DNA of 64,000 nucleotides, from positions 54,003,227-54,067,226 of the forward strand of contig NC_068995.1 in NCBI RefSeq assembly GCF_001194135.2, in the 5' to 3' direction. The translations under genes and the position numbers were made by a program. This document shows, piece by piece, positions 1-12,744 of this stretch (position 1 is the stretch's first letter; every line of letters begins with the position of its first letter). The notes under the pieces were generated by a model. The model saw only the letters and a list, made by a program, of their open reading frames with translations, had not been told where the DNA came from and did no database searches. The stretch comes from Octopus bimaculoides (lineage: Eukaryota).

Positions 1-296
1 GGGCTGATTACTACCTAGCTCAGATACCAGGAAACCCCAAAATGGCTGAAGTCCAAAAGATAGTGCTCATGGGAACTGCCCATATCCTACGTAAAATACT
101 GTCTATGTGATCTCAAATTTTAAAGCAAACATAATTTTCTTATGGTTTCTTAAACATTCACTTGAACAAAACTGTACAAATCCAAATATATGGTACCCTA
201 GGCATAACACCTACATGAACTTCTAACTTGTTGTCTCTTGAGGTCTCTGGGTGAGACTTGGATCCAACTTGTACAAATGCAAAACAAAAGTCAAAC
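1..296 (+). mobile_element. 3' end of an R4/Dong-like (restriction-like endonuclease) non-LTR retrotransposon: ORF C-terminus plus 3' UTR
   Basis: Positions 3-110 translate as ADYYLAQIPGNPKMAEVQKIVLMGTAHILRKILSM*. This fits the Q-K-x-x-L-x-G-T-A-x-I-L-R terminus of R4/Dong-type ORFs. About 190 nt of UTR follows and ends in an (AAT)n array. Family assignment is from recall. Confidence 0.75.
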
Positions 297-300
297 ATAA

Positions 301-347
<47 letters not shown>

Positions 348-396
348 AAATAATAACAACAACAACAACAATAATAATAATGATAATAATAATAAT
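297..396. repeat. (AAT)n/(AAC)n trinucleotide microsatellite
   Basis: Directly visible; abuts the LINE 3' end. Confidence 0.95.
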
Positions 397-1829
397 AGTT
401 TGATCGTCTGGGGACTTGACACCATTTGGAATCTAAAGATTCTAGAGAGTTTTTCTTTATATTCTTTTCTTCTTGTCCGTCTTGTGTTCACAACTAAAGG
501 AATAAATTGTACAGTTATGAAAAGAGAATTACTGATAAAAATGAAATATTTTTTTATCCAGTTGCCAAAACACAAACATAAAGCAAACCTAAAAAAAGAC
601 AACGAAAATCAAATTCAATATCTAGTTGTATCAATGTGATACATGTCACATTATACGAATATATAAAAGTAACAAAAATAACTACATCAAAAATGTTCAG
701 ATAAATTTAGTGTTACACATATTCACACACATATAATACACACATTCACACGGTCAGTAAAANNNNNNNNNNATATGTATAAGCCATGGCAAATTATATA
801 TCTGTCACTATATTTAAGAAATAATCCTATGCGCAGCTGTTCTCCAATGATGATCCGGAAGAGAAACTCGATCGGCAGTATCATAATTCATGTTATACTA
901 TTACTAATAATGGTTTCTGAATTAAACCGACGCGTACAAAAAAAAAAAAATTCTAAAAGTACAATGTTATCCATTAAACCGATCCAAATTCTATATTTGT
1001 ACCTCAATATATAAACCCTGCAATGTTGAGGGGCATTGTTGGTCTCATCGACTTTATACTCAAAATACAAAATGTCTAAACAAGTATTGTAAAACATTTT
1101 GTTCGACGCTAAAACTTATTAAGATTGTTTTTTAAATAACATTCTAAATAAAAGAAGCGTCGATTATAATTTTTTTTCAATGGTAGAAATGAAACATGAA
1201 ATCTACGTCAATTTTAAATGACAGAAATTACTATAAATTGGAAGTGAAAATACATTTTGAATGCAAGCATCGATAACTATAAATATAGTAAATTATATGT
1301 AATAATAAGCGACATAAGAGTAATAAAAAACAGTGAAAATATTCTGTGTAAATGATTTATTTTTGAGTGAATGAATTTTGATCACTGACAAGAAAGTTAG
1401 AACTAAATCATGTGATAAAATCAATTCTTGTAGTTTAGGAACAGATCTTTCGCGGCCATCACTCCATATTACATATATAAAAAACAATTGACTTTCCAAA
1501 TTTTAACAAACTTCACGCGAGACAGAGCGGTGAAAGTTCAACTCAATTGATGTGTAAGAGAGCTAAAGTCCAAGATTATGTTCTTTGGATGTGAGGTGGA
1601 GAAATATGCTACAAACATATATTATTATCACAAAAAGAAAATAATAACAACATGATCACCAAACATGCATTCTTCCTATGTCTGAGACGAGCAAACTATG
1701 GAGCCTTTACAGTGTCACTCGACCGTCTGGAAATAGTAGCTAAGTCTCCCAAAGTCACTGTTTACCGATTGATGTAATTTTAATGATTTGCTCTGGAGGA
1801 AATGTAGTCATTGCCTCTGCATGAGTCCA

Positions 1830-2345
1830 GTGTTCTTGAGAACCTAATAATGGGTTATTTTGAATTCACCATATATGAAGTCTCACTGCAAATATATGGT
1901 TATCCATTTCACCAATATATAAGAGAAAACTGGAGAATATACCTGGATGACTGTTTTATCATTTGGAAGGAGACCATCGATAAACTTTTGGAATCCAAAT
2001 CAACACTAAATAATATAAAGCATAGCATACAATTCACAATGGAATATAGCAAAGAACTGCTCCCATTTTGGGATATTATGATAAAAAGTCAACAACCAAA
2101 TTATAACTGACATCTATCATAAACCAACGGAACCGAGGCAATATCTCCGTTTTAGCTCATTCTATCCAAAAAACATCAAAATAAATTGTCAAAAAAACTT
2201 TGCACAATAGTGTCTGATAGAACTAATCGGGACCTTCGTCTTCAAGGCCTCAGAACAACATAACTGAAAGACAATATCTATTCTCACTTATAAACGATGG
2301 AATTAAGCGTGCCAAGAGATTAGACATAAAAAAACTAAGGACAAC
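1830..2345 (+). mobile_element. Penelope-like element reverse transcriptase/thumb fragment (frameshifted, with stops)
   Basis: ENLIMGYFE...WRIYLDDCFIIW...IQFTMEYSKELLPFWDIMI, then after a frameshift ITDIYHKPTEPRQYLRFSSFYPKNIK, then CTIVSDRTNRDLRLQGLRTT*. The YLDD motif and TDIYxKPT block are typical of PLE RTs. Confidence 0.88.
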
Positions 2346-2376
2346 AAACCATAACACCACTCATCTCAGCTCAAAA

Positions 2377-2413
<37 letters not shown>

Positions 2414-2439
2414 ATATGAAAATTTAAAAGTTAAAAGCC

Positions 2440-2485
<46 letters not shown>

Positions 2486-2728
2486 GACACACACAAACAG
2501 ATATAAATAGATAGATACATACATACATAGATAGATAGAAAGAGAGAGAGAGAGAATTTTGTTTGCTACACATTCGTTTCCCCTTGTCTTTGTGAGCTGT
2601 GTTTGAGGAAAATTGGCAGAATGAAACAAAGTCACGATAGTTCCCGAATGTTTACGGCCAGATTTCAATAATAACATTTATTCGTCCTAGGTCAATAAAT
2701 AAATTACTAATCTTACGTTCAAAATATC

Positions 2729-2851
2729 ATGTTTTTCTGGATTGCAGATGTATGTCAATGCTGTATCTTTGCTCCACGATGCATCGATGATTGCGTCACA
2801 GAACATCAAGGGAGTCGCTTGCCTTATAATACAACTCCATTAACACTTTAA
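2729..2851 (+). CDS. Candidate Cys-rich small ORF or terminal exon (MFFWIADVCQCCIFAPRCIDDCVTEHQGSRLPYNTTPLTL)
   Basis: Open frame with 5 Cys. An acceptor-like tttttctggattgcag| gives an exon start at 2748, and the stop is at 2849-2851. No homology confirmed. Confidence 0.2.
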   Translation: MFFWIADVCQCCIFAPRCIDDCVTEHQGSRLPYNTTPLTL

Positions 2852-3398
2852 TGTTCTAATTGTGAATTTAATTTTTCAAAATGCTCATGATTGAGGCTCG
2901 AGCATCCACTAAATAAAAAAGGGTTTTAATTAAATAAACATAAAATTAATACACAGAAGTTGCCATCAATCCAGGAAAAATGGAGACAAATTTAAAATGT
3001 TAACGGCGTTAAATAACTATATACGTAAAATATTTTCTATCATAGAAAATAATCTTCTCAGCTAAATATTAAAATAACCCAGAGACAAAATTAAATGCAA
3101 TTTAACTTTTAAAACTACTCTAAATATAAAATGCTTACAAAAAAGCCATTAGTCAGCGATAATAGATTAAAAACTTCAAGTGCTTGGAAAGATTGTCACG
3201 GTTTTCATCAAATTCATGCTGCCAAAAATGAAAAACAAAACAACTACTCCAACCAAAACTTTACTCTCGAAATGTCTCAGATAACAATAAAAAATGATAA
3301 CTTGTTCTTTCTAAGCTAGAAATAAATCCCCTGATTTATAATTTATTCAAAATGTAAAAAAATAGCACACATGGATCGAAGTTAACAGTTAATAACAA

Positions 3399-3739
3399 TT
3401 CTTTTCTACTCTAGTCACAGGGCCCGAAATTTTTGGGGAGGGGTCAGTCGATTAGATCGACACCAGTACGCAACTGGTGCTTAACTTATCGACATCGAAA
3501 GGATGAAAAGTAAAGCTGACCTCGGCGGAATGTGAACTTAGAACGTAAAGACAGATGAAATATAACAATCGCTAACATTCTTTTCTACTCCTTGCACAAG
3601 GCCCAACATTTTGAGGGAGGGGGCCAGTCGATTAGATCGACCTCAGTACGCAACTGATACTTAACTTATCGACCCCGGAAGGATGAAAAGCAAAGTCGAC
3701 CTCGGCGGAATTTGAACTCAGAACGTAAAGAGACGAAAT
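3399..3739 (-). mobile_element. Two tandem truncated copies of tRNA-derived SINE family 1 (3399-3560 and 3578-3739)
   Basis: Both start attcttttctactc, contain tcgattagatcgac..cagtacgcaactg..acttaacttatcgac...ggatgaaaag...gacctcggcggaat.tgaact.agaacgtaaag (rc of B-box gttcaaattcc), and end at aaatataacaa. Confidence 0.85.
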
Positions 3740-3769
3740 ATAACAACCGGTAATATTATTTCTAAATAT

Positions 3770-3870
3770 TGGAGCGAGCTAGCAGAATTGTTACCTTGCG
3801 GGCAAAATGCCTAGCAGCATTTCATCCGTCTTTACGTTCTGTGTTCAAATTCCGCTGAGGTCAACTGTGC
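3770..3870 (+). mobile_element. 5' head of SINE family 1, inverted relative to the upstream copies
   Basis: gcgagctagcagaattgtta (A-box-like) ... gttcaaattccgctgaggtc (B-box-like). Confidence 0.75.
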
Positions 3871-4038
3871 CGTTAATTTTTCTGAAGTCTATAAAATATG
3901 GACCAGTTGGGCACTGGGGGAGATATAATCGACTAACCGCAACCCCCGAAAATGCTGGCCTTGAAACTCGATTTGAGACCGATATTACTCATAAATCATG
4001 ATGTACATTTACACAAATGTATAAATAAATCGAATTAG

Positions 4039-4092
4039 AAAATTAGTCTACTATATATAGTATACAAAATTAGTCTACTATATATAGTATAC
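4039..4092. repeat. Exact 27-bp tandem duplication
   Basis: aaaattagtctactatatatagtatac x2. Confidence 0.9.
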
Positions 4093-6729
4093 AAAACAGG
4101 AAATTACATCTGCATAAACACTTGACAATCAAATGAAATACATTTTTGACATTACTGGGTATTGCTCAACTTACGTGCACTCAGCGCAGATCAGCAGATT
4201 AGATTCAGTTTATACATCAGTGTTTTTCTCTAAATATAAGTTGTTCGGGGCAAAGGAACAAATAAGTTAATTCTCGAAATGAATATATATTTCATGCTCT
4301 TACAGCGTACACTTTGTGACCGAAACCACTGGAGATTTACCGCGCATATAACAACTAAGAAATGATAATTTTTCCAGCTAAGGCACAACGATAAGTTAGT
4401 ATTTCGTACACTTATGCCAGCATTAATGTAATTTACAGTTAAGATGCTTAACTCTCTACGAGCAATGTTAACTTTATATAACATTAGATGATATTTTCCA
4501 TCAGCATTTCACGTAGTGACAGCAAAATATCACGAACGAGTGTTTCGTCATAGCGCATCGTTTTGTACTGCAGTATGTTTGTTGACAGAGCTAGTATCAT
4601 CATCTGACCACAATATTTATAAAGACATGTCTTTGTTAATTATACATCAACAAGCCAATAGTATTATCGTATTGGTTTGTTTAAAATTTTAGCTTTGGTG
4701 CCATTATGGCCGTGTATAATCACTGCTCGTAGAAAAGTAATGGAATCGTAGTCTGAGACATTATATTTGGAAGGCCAAAGATTGAAGTTGAAAATGTATA
4801 GGCTGCCATAGTCAATTACAGTAGATAGCACTGGAAATTAGTTTTTACTAGCAAAGATATTAAACATTTTATTATAAATTCAGAATTTTAGCATATATGC
4901 ACCGAAAAACTGAGGAAAGTTTGTAAGTTATTAGTTTAATATCAACCCTCCCGAGAAAGAGTAACTTTGAAAGGTAACTTTCTATTCATGTAACTAAATT
5001 ATAACTCTCAGTAGCAACTGATAGAGTTGTAAAAGCAACTTAGCGTCCTAAATAAGTGACATTCTGGAGATGAATTGTTATCGAATACTAAGATAATACC
5101 CAAGTATGCTACTGCTATAAAGAGAGAGAGAAATTTATAAGCAAAATACAAGAGGTGCTAATGCAATTTAGACAGTGATAAATATTTGAATGTTTGATGC
5201 TAGAATGCAGTGTTTATAAAGCAAATAACTGTATAACTGAAAACACAGAGCTTTCTATTAACACAATAATAACTGATAAGATAAAGACAAACACTGGTAA
5301 ATAGTTTTCTTACACACAGTAAACTTTTGTTGCAAAGATAAATTATTTTAGTAACTTCAGTATTTATTTTTGCCGTACTTGGAGTAAATCAAAGCTGAGA
5401 AGGGGTTTACATTCTAATAGTGTGGCTCCAAATTATATTCAGTCCTTATAGTGTCTCCAGAATTACTGTTATAAAAATATTCTGAAAGATAGAAAGAAAA
5501 AAAAATCTGCAAATGTTAATGATTAGGCATAAGATAAAATTCATCGCTACAAACGTGATAAAGTGAAAAATAAGATTCTCAACCTGTCCTTGAGAATATT
5601 TGACCTAAATTGCGTAAAAGCTTCAAGTCAAGGATGAAGCATTTTACTAGCATATTTCATACAATTTCTGATCGTGACCAATCACATAGCTAATGTCGAT
5701 TCACATTAGTCTGATGTGTTCAGATATTCCATATGAATTCGAAGTATACGAGCCGTGAACACAAACTCAGGTAGAAAAATAAATATAAATACACAGTAGA
5801 CAGTCTTTTGAGTAGTGTCAAGGTTTAAGTCAACTTTGAAAGAGATATGAATTCTCTATTGAAAATATTTCAGCATTTTTACTGGTGTATTTGGAGATGA
5901 ATGGCAAAATCGACACCAAGGGATTTTGAACTGAAAGTAGTAATTCACCAAACTACAAACCGTAAAAACATCAATATTCATTTTCTATTATCTTGACCTT
6001 CTTTGCTGTCCTACATGGAAAGAAATAAAATTATCGATATGTGTGTGTGCGAATGTGCATGTATGTGTAATGCTTGTGTGATTTACTGTAAAATTGCATA
6101 TATGTTCACTCCATATGTTTTGGTTTTTATTTTGTCATGGGTAAAACACGAAGATATCTGATTATTGAATAAGCTATGTAGTAATGCATGTATGCTGTCA
6201 GATAACATTTCTATATTGGTGCTTCTTTTTGAAGAATAATGGTCTGAATATTCGAATCTTACATCCATTTCCATCTTTATTGAGTCCTTTCATCTGAAAT
6301 ACTTGGCGCTTTGGGCAACTATGGTAATGTTAGCGATGTGATGAGCGGCTTCTGACAGCTAGCTCTTATGGCCCGAATATAGCATATTTAATACAAATCA
6401 AGTAGGAGATTAGCACTTTCCATTGATATAAATAGAATTGATAGTGAAAAGCTTACGAGTGAGTTTCCAAACTAAAAGCACAAAACACGGAAAAAAAGGA
6501 AGTGACTATTAATAGAAATGATGTTTGCTGACCTTGAAAGTTTGTGGCATTGAAAGGTAACTGAACTGATTTCAATATCGACAATTTCTAACATCACTTT
6601 ACCTACTGAGTCCGAATTCGAATTATGTCAAGTTTAACATGACGGAAAATTTACACACCTACACATCTAGAGTGTTGACTTGAGCCTATATTACAAATAA
6701 TAATTCTTCAGCGGATTGGTCGTCGAATT

Positions 6730-7110
6730 GAAGAGAGGTGGCGAATAGAATGCATTTACGCGCTTAAATAAAAGTGAGTTCAAATCTCACCCCCGTCAAC
6801 TTCGCCTTACGACTCTCATGGTTCGATACAATGAAGAACCAGTAAAGTGTGGGGATCATTGACGTCGGCTGATAACTCAGCTTCACAAATCAGGCGCAGT
6901 AAATATATACGATTAATAATAGTGAAGTTGTATTGGCAGAATGGTCAAAGCATCTGAAATGTGTTTTGTGGTACTCATCTCTTTTTGTATTCGGAATTCA
7001 AATTTTGTTGTTGTCATGTTTGAATTTCATCGTTCCGTGTTTGGTAAAATAAAGTACCAGACAAGTATGGCGTAAACGGTATCGACTACTTTCCACCACT
7101 CAAATATGTA
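6730..7110 (+). mobile_element. Two degenerate SINE family 1 copies
   Basis: gagttcaaatctc...gtcaacttcgcctt, then ttggcagaatggtcaaagc...ttcaaatttt...tttcatcgttcc...aaaataaagtaccag. Confidence 0.55.
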
Positions 7111-7199
7111 GACCTCGTTCCTCAATCACAAATCAATGATGGCTTCCAATCTTCGAAACTGAAAACTTAAAGATTTTGAGGTCGAAGTTCAGATAAAAT

Positions 7200-8030
7200 T
7201 TTAAGACATCCAAAATAATTGGCGGAAATTTACATTATGATCTCACGCATAACCTCGACGGTGCTGACAGTAAATCGGGATATGAATGAAGACGTATGTC
7301 GAAAGGAGCATAACAACTTCAGAAACCACTTTCAAGACACACATGGGTTGCAGTTTCCGAAATTAGCGAGGCGCTGGAAACGTGTCGGAGATGGTGGAAT
7401 GATAAAAATAAGTAAGAATGCTCCCAACAAGAAAGAGGGTACTCCAGCAAATTATAAAGTAGAAAGAGTGAAGATGAACCTACCTACAGGTGGACGAGGG
7501 CAAACTCGAAGCCCAAACTGAAACAAATTCCATGATTTTTCAAAGAACACAGAAGAATTTTATAAATGAAAGACAAAAACAATTGTATGAGGCAGAGGTC
7601 ATGGGAAATCATTTAGATCTGAAATAAAAAACATTCAATGATAGACTTTCCGTGAAAACAACAGCAGCATACAATCAAGTATAAAGGCAGTTTCACCTAG
7701 AAGATATGGTAATTTACTTTTCGATTTCCAGGTAAAATATAGTAACAAGTACCTTTAGTTCCAGTAGGGTTCAGTATGAAGTTGGTGGGTGATTTGAAAA
7801 GGATATGGAATACCTTCTGACAAGTTTACGAACTGATTCTCAGTGGTTGAGGTCCCCACTACCGTAGAAGTCTTATGTCATGGTTTAATTTTTGATTTTA
7901 TTTATTTTCTCCACACCGTTTTTTGTACACACATTTTTAAATCCTGTTCTTTGTATTAACGATTTATATGTAATTTATTTTTTACACGACTTTTGTGTAA
8001 AGCCTTAACATCAAATTTTGCATAAATGAA
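7200..8030 (+). mobile_element. Possible highly degenerate LINE relic
   Basis: A purine-rich 100-codon ORF (7219-7521) followed by broken frames and a T-rich tail. No diagnostic motif recognised. Confidence 0.2.
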
Positions 8031-8309
8031 TAAATTACCCTTGCATAATATCTCGGATTACAGATTATCATTTTACAATGTGAAATATATAATCCCAAAT
8101 TAAAACAGTTATCGCTAACTATTGTATAATGAAGATAAAGAACAATCTGATGTACAAATAATGTAGATATTGGATTTGACTATGATTTAAACTCAGAAAT
8201 GCTTGGAGATTTAGAAGTAATTTTATTTCTCTCGAAGAGAATTAAGTTGTATTTTTTTCTGTTGGGAAGATGAAACAGGGAAATTCTAATGTCATAGGTT
8301 TCGCTATAA

Positions 8310-8459
8310 TTAAGATAATGTAATTCTGAATTCCTTTGGATAAATTACATTCAGCGCACGATGCAGCGTCAGCATGGGCGACCATGACAGCGTTAATACC
8401 TGAGACATAAACAGTAACAACATTAACAGCCATTGAAATAACATGTTGCCATTTACCAT
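8310..8459 (-). CDS. Candidate signal-peptide-like small ORF or first exon (MVNGNMLFQWLLMLLLFMSQVLTLSWSPMLTLHRALNVIYPKEFRITLS)
   Basis: ATG in good context (agtATGg) and hydrophobic core LFQWLLMLLLFM. Possible donors are CAG|GTATTA (after 8400) and AAT|GTAATT. No homology recognised. Confidence 0.2.
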   Translation of the reverse strand: MVNGNMLFQWLLMLLLFMSQVLTLSWSPMLTLHRALNVIYPKEFRITLS

Positions 8460-11149
8460 ACTGTAGCTAATATGTCACAGAAGCCTGTTGGCGTTCTTGC
8501 TTTCTTTCTTTTTTTCCACTTCCTACATGATCGTATTAGAACACATTTCATTCTATACGATCACTTTAACATTGAATTTAAAACGTATAGAAGCCATCTC
8601 TTCAGAAGTGATAAAACTCACTCATTCTTCCATAAATTCTTCCTCTCTGATCATTCACCCTTTCTCTTTGGTCTGATATGATAAAAGACTGTTTCCCTAC
8701 TTGATTCAATAATTTAATTTAGTTTAATTTAGCCAATAGACCATAAAAATGAAATTATTGAAGCCTTTTCTGGAGAGTTGCTAATCTAATTATGACCTCC
8801 ATTTCTCGTGAACTTTTTAAAATTAATACCAAAGTAACTGTACATAATGGAATTTTCTATTTGTCTGACCTATTCTCGCTGTTTACAGATTTTTATATAT
8901 TACTTGATTTTTTTTTTAATAAGTGAAAACAGGAAGACAGATCCAAGTTGATTTTTTTCTTAAATGGTAGGAACGAAATTAAATTGTGTCCTGACGCACA
9001 GAAATATCTAGGCTTAATCATTAGCCTCTAATTTAAAATACTTCATATTCGAATAGTCTTACATTAAAACAACAAAATAAATTGACGGGGACGAATGCTA
9101 AAATACTACTACTATGAACACATATCACCGAGGATGTAATTAGATAAAACCGTTGTGAAGAAACCATTCAAGTTCAATTATATTGTGGCGTAGGTTTTCC
9201 AAATACGTTTCGATATAGTTAGTCCCTCTACATTTATCATACAGAACAAATTGATAGAATATTGTATGTGAAGAACACAGAATACTATGTTCTAGTTTCA
9301 GCTGCGATTCCTAGTGTACAATATTAGTTTGGTGATGCTGGGATCTTTATGGACATTTGTTGTTAGCTGACATATTCATCGCTTTGTATACAATGAGTCT
9401 TGCCAGTGATGCTATTATTGCAAATGTGTCGCGAAATGAAACGCTGTTTATATCGTTAGGAGTGTGTGGGCTTAGTACGTATACGTTCAGATACGGAATA
9501 TTTCTGTATATTTTCTATCTCTCAATTCCGTCTTACAATATATTAATTCCCTCAGAGTGAGTGACGTAAAAAAAATTAAAATAAAGACACGTGTGCTCAA
9601 TGTATTTTACGAAAGTCAGTGGATGTGATTCTGCGAATATTCAGTACGGCGTTCTAAAACTTTATATTCGTTACTCTTCTGAAGATTGTCTGGTTGCTCA
9701 TAAAATAATTACAGTAGGCAAAGCTGCTTTGATATTCACACCAAAATCTCTGGTCTGTACCACCGAATATCTTCCTATGTGGTCAAATATTATATTTGAA
9801 TATGCTATCAACCAAATTTCCTTTAAACCGCCGCCTACCATTTCAACAAAGTAGGCATTGATAAAGCGATCATGACAGCATGGGCATATCTGGAATGTCT
9901 CATGTATCATATATGTGATACACAATGATCAAACATCACAAACAACAAATGAGGAAAGATCAGTCATGGCATGTATTTCGAGTTGTCAACAGGAAAACAT
10001 CTATATATACTCGATCAATATATGTTATGACATCACAGCATGGCCTTTTGCATTATTATACTCTACTGATAACAATAACAACACGTATTAAGAAAGTCGA
10101 TTTTTCTATAATGATTCTGAACATCGTCACACGATTGCAATTCTGGAGGCGTGGAGCAGCAGATTAAATCTACTTCAATATTTCCTTGGTAATTATTTTA
10201 TAGATCCTAAGGGATGGAAGGCAAAATCTGAACACAAATATTTAAAGCTAAATTGTACAAAAGGTTTTATGTCATGTACTACCTTTTTCCTTCTTTTCCT
10301 GTTACTCGATCTCCATTGTGATTTCTTGCAATACACATCGAGATACCAACTATCTCAAAAATTACTTTCTCAAAATTCCTATTCGGGGTTTATATGTATT
10401 GATGCATACTTCTGTATGTATATCGTTTGCCCATGGGAAAACTGTGATCTATCTAAACTATAATCAAAAGATTTACTGATATGCTTTCCCTTTTGATTAG
10501 ATTTCTTTAGGGCTACATTACAGAATATATCCTTTCTGTTATAGCTGGAAGGTTATTATAAATGTTTTATTTGACTGCTATTTCCAGCGATCGATGAGAT
10601 GCGTACAGAATTGGTGGTTCGATTTTAATTGTTTCTTGCTATTATGCATTGCACGGAATCCATCAAAGCTAAAATAAAAACAAAACTATTTTGTTTTCGG
10701 GAGACGAGTGTTTGTAATATGAAAGAAATTTAATTTGGTGTGACGAAAAATTTCCCTTATGAATAATTTCAAATTAAATTAATTAATTGTTTTCAAAAAT
10801 CATGACTCTACTTATGTGACGCATTGGGAATTTAATATCCAATTCTTAGATATTTCAATTTATTTGATGTCTTCTAAGCAATTCTGATACACTACAGCTA
10901 CAGAGAATTTTTAAAGAAACTGTATACATTATATGATTAGGTTTCTTGATTTTTGCGTTTGTTTTAGATTATTTATTTTTAGATTTTTTAGAATCATTAA
11001 GGAACCGTAAAAACTATAACTGAAATTTTTATGACAACATTTTAAAAGTATTTTGTATGTTGATTATAAGATAGTGCGGAATGAAGTTGGTGAACGGTCG
11101 TAGATGTAAGTTAAAATAATTTGACAATGAATAATATCCAATGTTATTG

Positions 11150-11335
11150 GTTTCAAATTTTAGCACAAATCCAGCAATTTTGGGGACGAGGGTAAGTAGA
11201 TAACATAGACCCCGAAAGGAGGAAATACGACATTTGAACTCAGAATGTGAAGAATGAAGACGAACGAGTGTCCGCTAAGCATTTTGCTCGGCATACTAAC
11301 GATTTTGCCAGCTCACTGTCCTATAGAATCCAATA
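11150..11335 (-). mobile_element. SINE family 1 copy (degenerate)
   Basis: ggtttcaaatttt.gcacaa.tccagcaattttgggg...gaccccgaaagga...tttgaactcagaa...gctaagcatttt...ctaacgattttgccagctc. Confidence 0.75.
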
Positions 11336-11399
11336 ATATTAGCAATAAAGAAAAACTGAAACCTTGAATATAACGCCATAGATACATCATTTTTGTCTT

Positions 11400-11520
11400 T
11401 TCTCTTATCTTGTTCTTGTTTCAATACATAGACTGTGGCCATGCTGTTGCATTGCATTGAGGAATTTTGATCGAACGAAATGAACCGCTAAGGTACGGAG
11501 ACGTAAACACACCAAAATCA
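11400..11520 (-). mobile_element. 3' part of SINE family 2
   Basis: cttgtttca...gactgtggccatgctg...gaaccgctaaggtacggagacgtaaacacacc; similar to the 49891-50080 segment. Confidence 0.65.
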
Positions 11521-11588
11521 GTACCATATATATATATATATATANNNNNNNNNNNNNNNNNNNNNNNNNNNNNNNNNNNNNNNNNNNN

Positions 11589-11629
<41 letters not shown>

Positions 11630-11672
11630 CTGAGACGTATGTAAATATGTATATATATGTATAGTCTCACAT

Positions 11673-11710
<38 letters not shown>

Positions 11711-12744
11711 TGTGTGTGTGTGCACACCACTTTAATTTGGGATTTATTTTGTAGTCATTTGCTCCCTAACGATACTGCCAATATATTTGGAGCATTTCTT
11801 TCGACATGATATAATAATTTTACAAGCTGAAGAAGGATGTCAACTGACTTTTCAACCTGTTAGAAATGTCAGTAGCGAGAACATCTCGAACTACATTCTT
11901 CCAAAATAAGAAAATGGCCTTCGAGATCATAAGGAACATAGCACAATAATCCTGGGAAGAATTGAATGCAGTGGGTCATAAAGGTTCTTGAGACGATATA
12001 ATTAGAGAACTAAACAATATCCGCTCCTCTGTGGAGAATACTAAATACAAGGTGACTTTTACCTTTTTTCATGGGGTTTATCTAAGGATAGTAACCGTAG
12101 AGAAGAAAAGAAACACACAGCACCATCATTACCTCTTATTTTTTCAACCCGACACACTGGACAAGTGTTTAGAAATAAATGCAATGGGTTTACAGTGGAT
12201 TTCTGTCATTATATAGTTCTACACATTAAGTTGTGATTCATCATGCTGCAATGCCGTTGATATTCTATTTTGTCAAACAGAAGTTAATCTTATTCTTGCA
12301 CCAGGTTTCAAGGAAAGGATATTTGATAAATTCCTTCGAATATTGTATGGCTCAACACATTTGATGAACCTCATCGTTTCAAATGATAAGCAAGATTAAA
12401 ATGCATGCGTTTTAAATCCGTGTTAGGTGACAGCTTGGAAAATTAATTAGTGCAGCTGACAATGACTGTTCACTCGAACTTTCTATCGAGTTCCAAACGT
12501 TGAAGCTGAATTAAAATCCCAGCTGCCTTAATTAAGCTCTATAAGCTTAACGTTCCTACCATAGTTTTATTGTTAGATAGCGTGCTTTAGATACCATATA
12601 CTCATTCTATGATGATAAGAATATTTCATTTGATACCAGACCATCTCTAGAGCTCCCGTGGCACAAACTTTCCAGCAAAGCATTGCATTAATATAATTTA
12701 GAGTTGACAGAGAAAGATTTTACTATGATACAGGGACGTTCAAC

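Noticed and set aside
10092-10463. 123-codon open plus-strand frame
   Set aside because: It runs through a SINE fragment (about 10187-10230) and has no recognisable domain.
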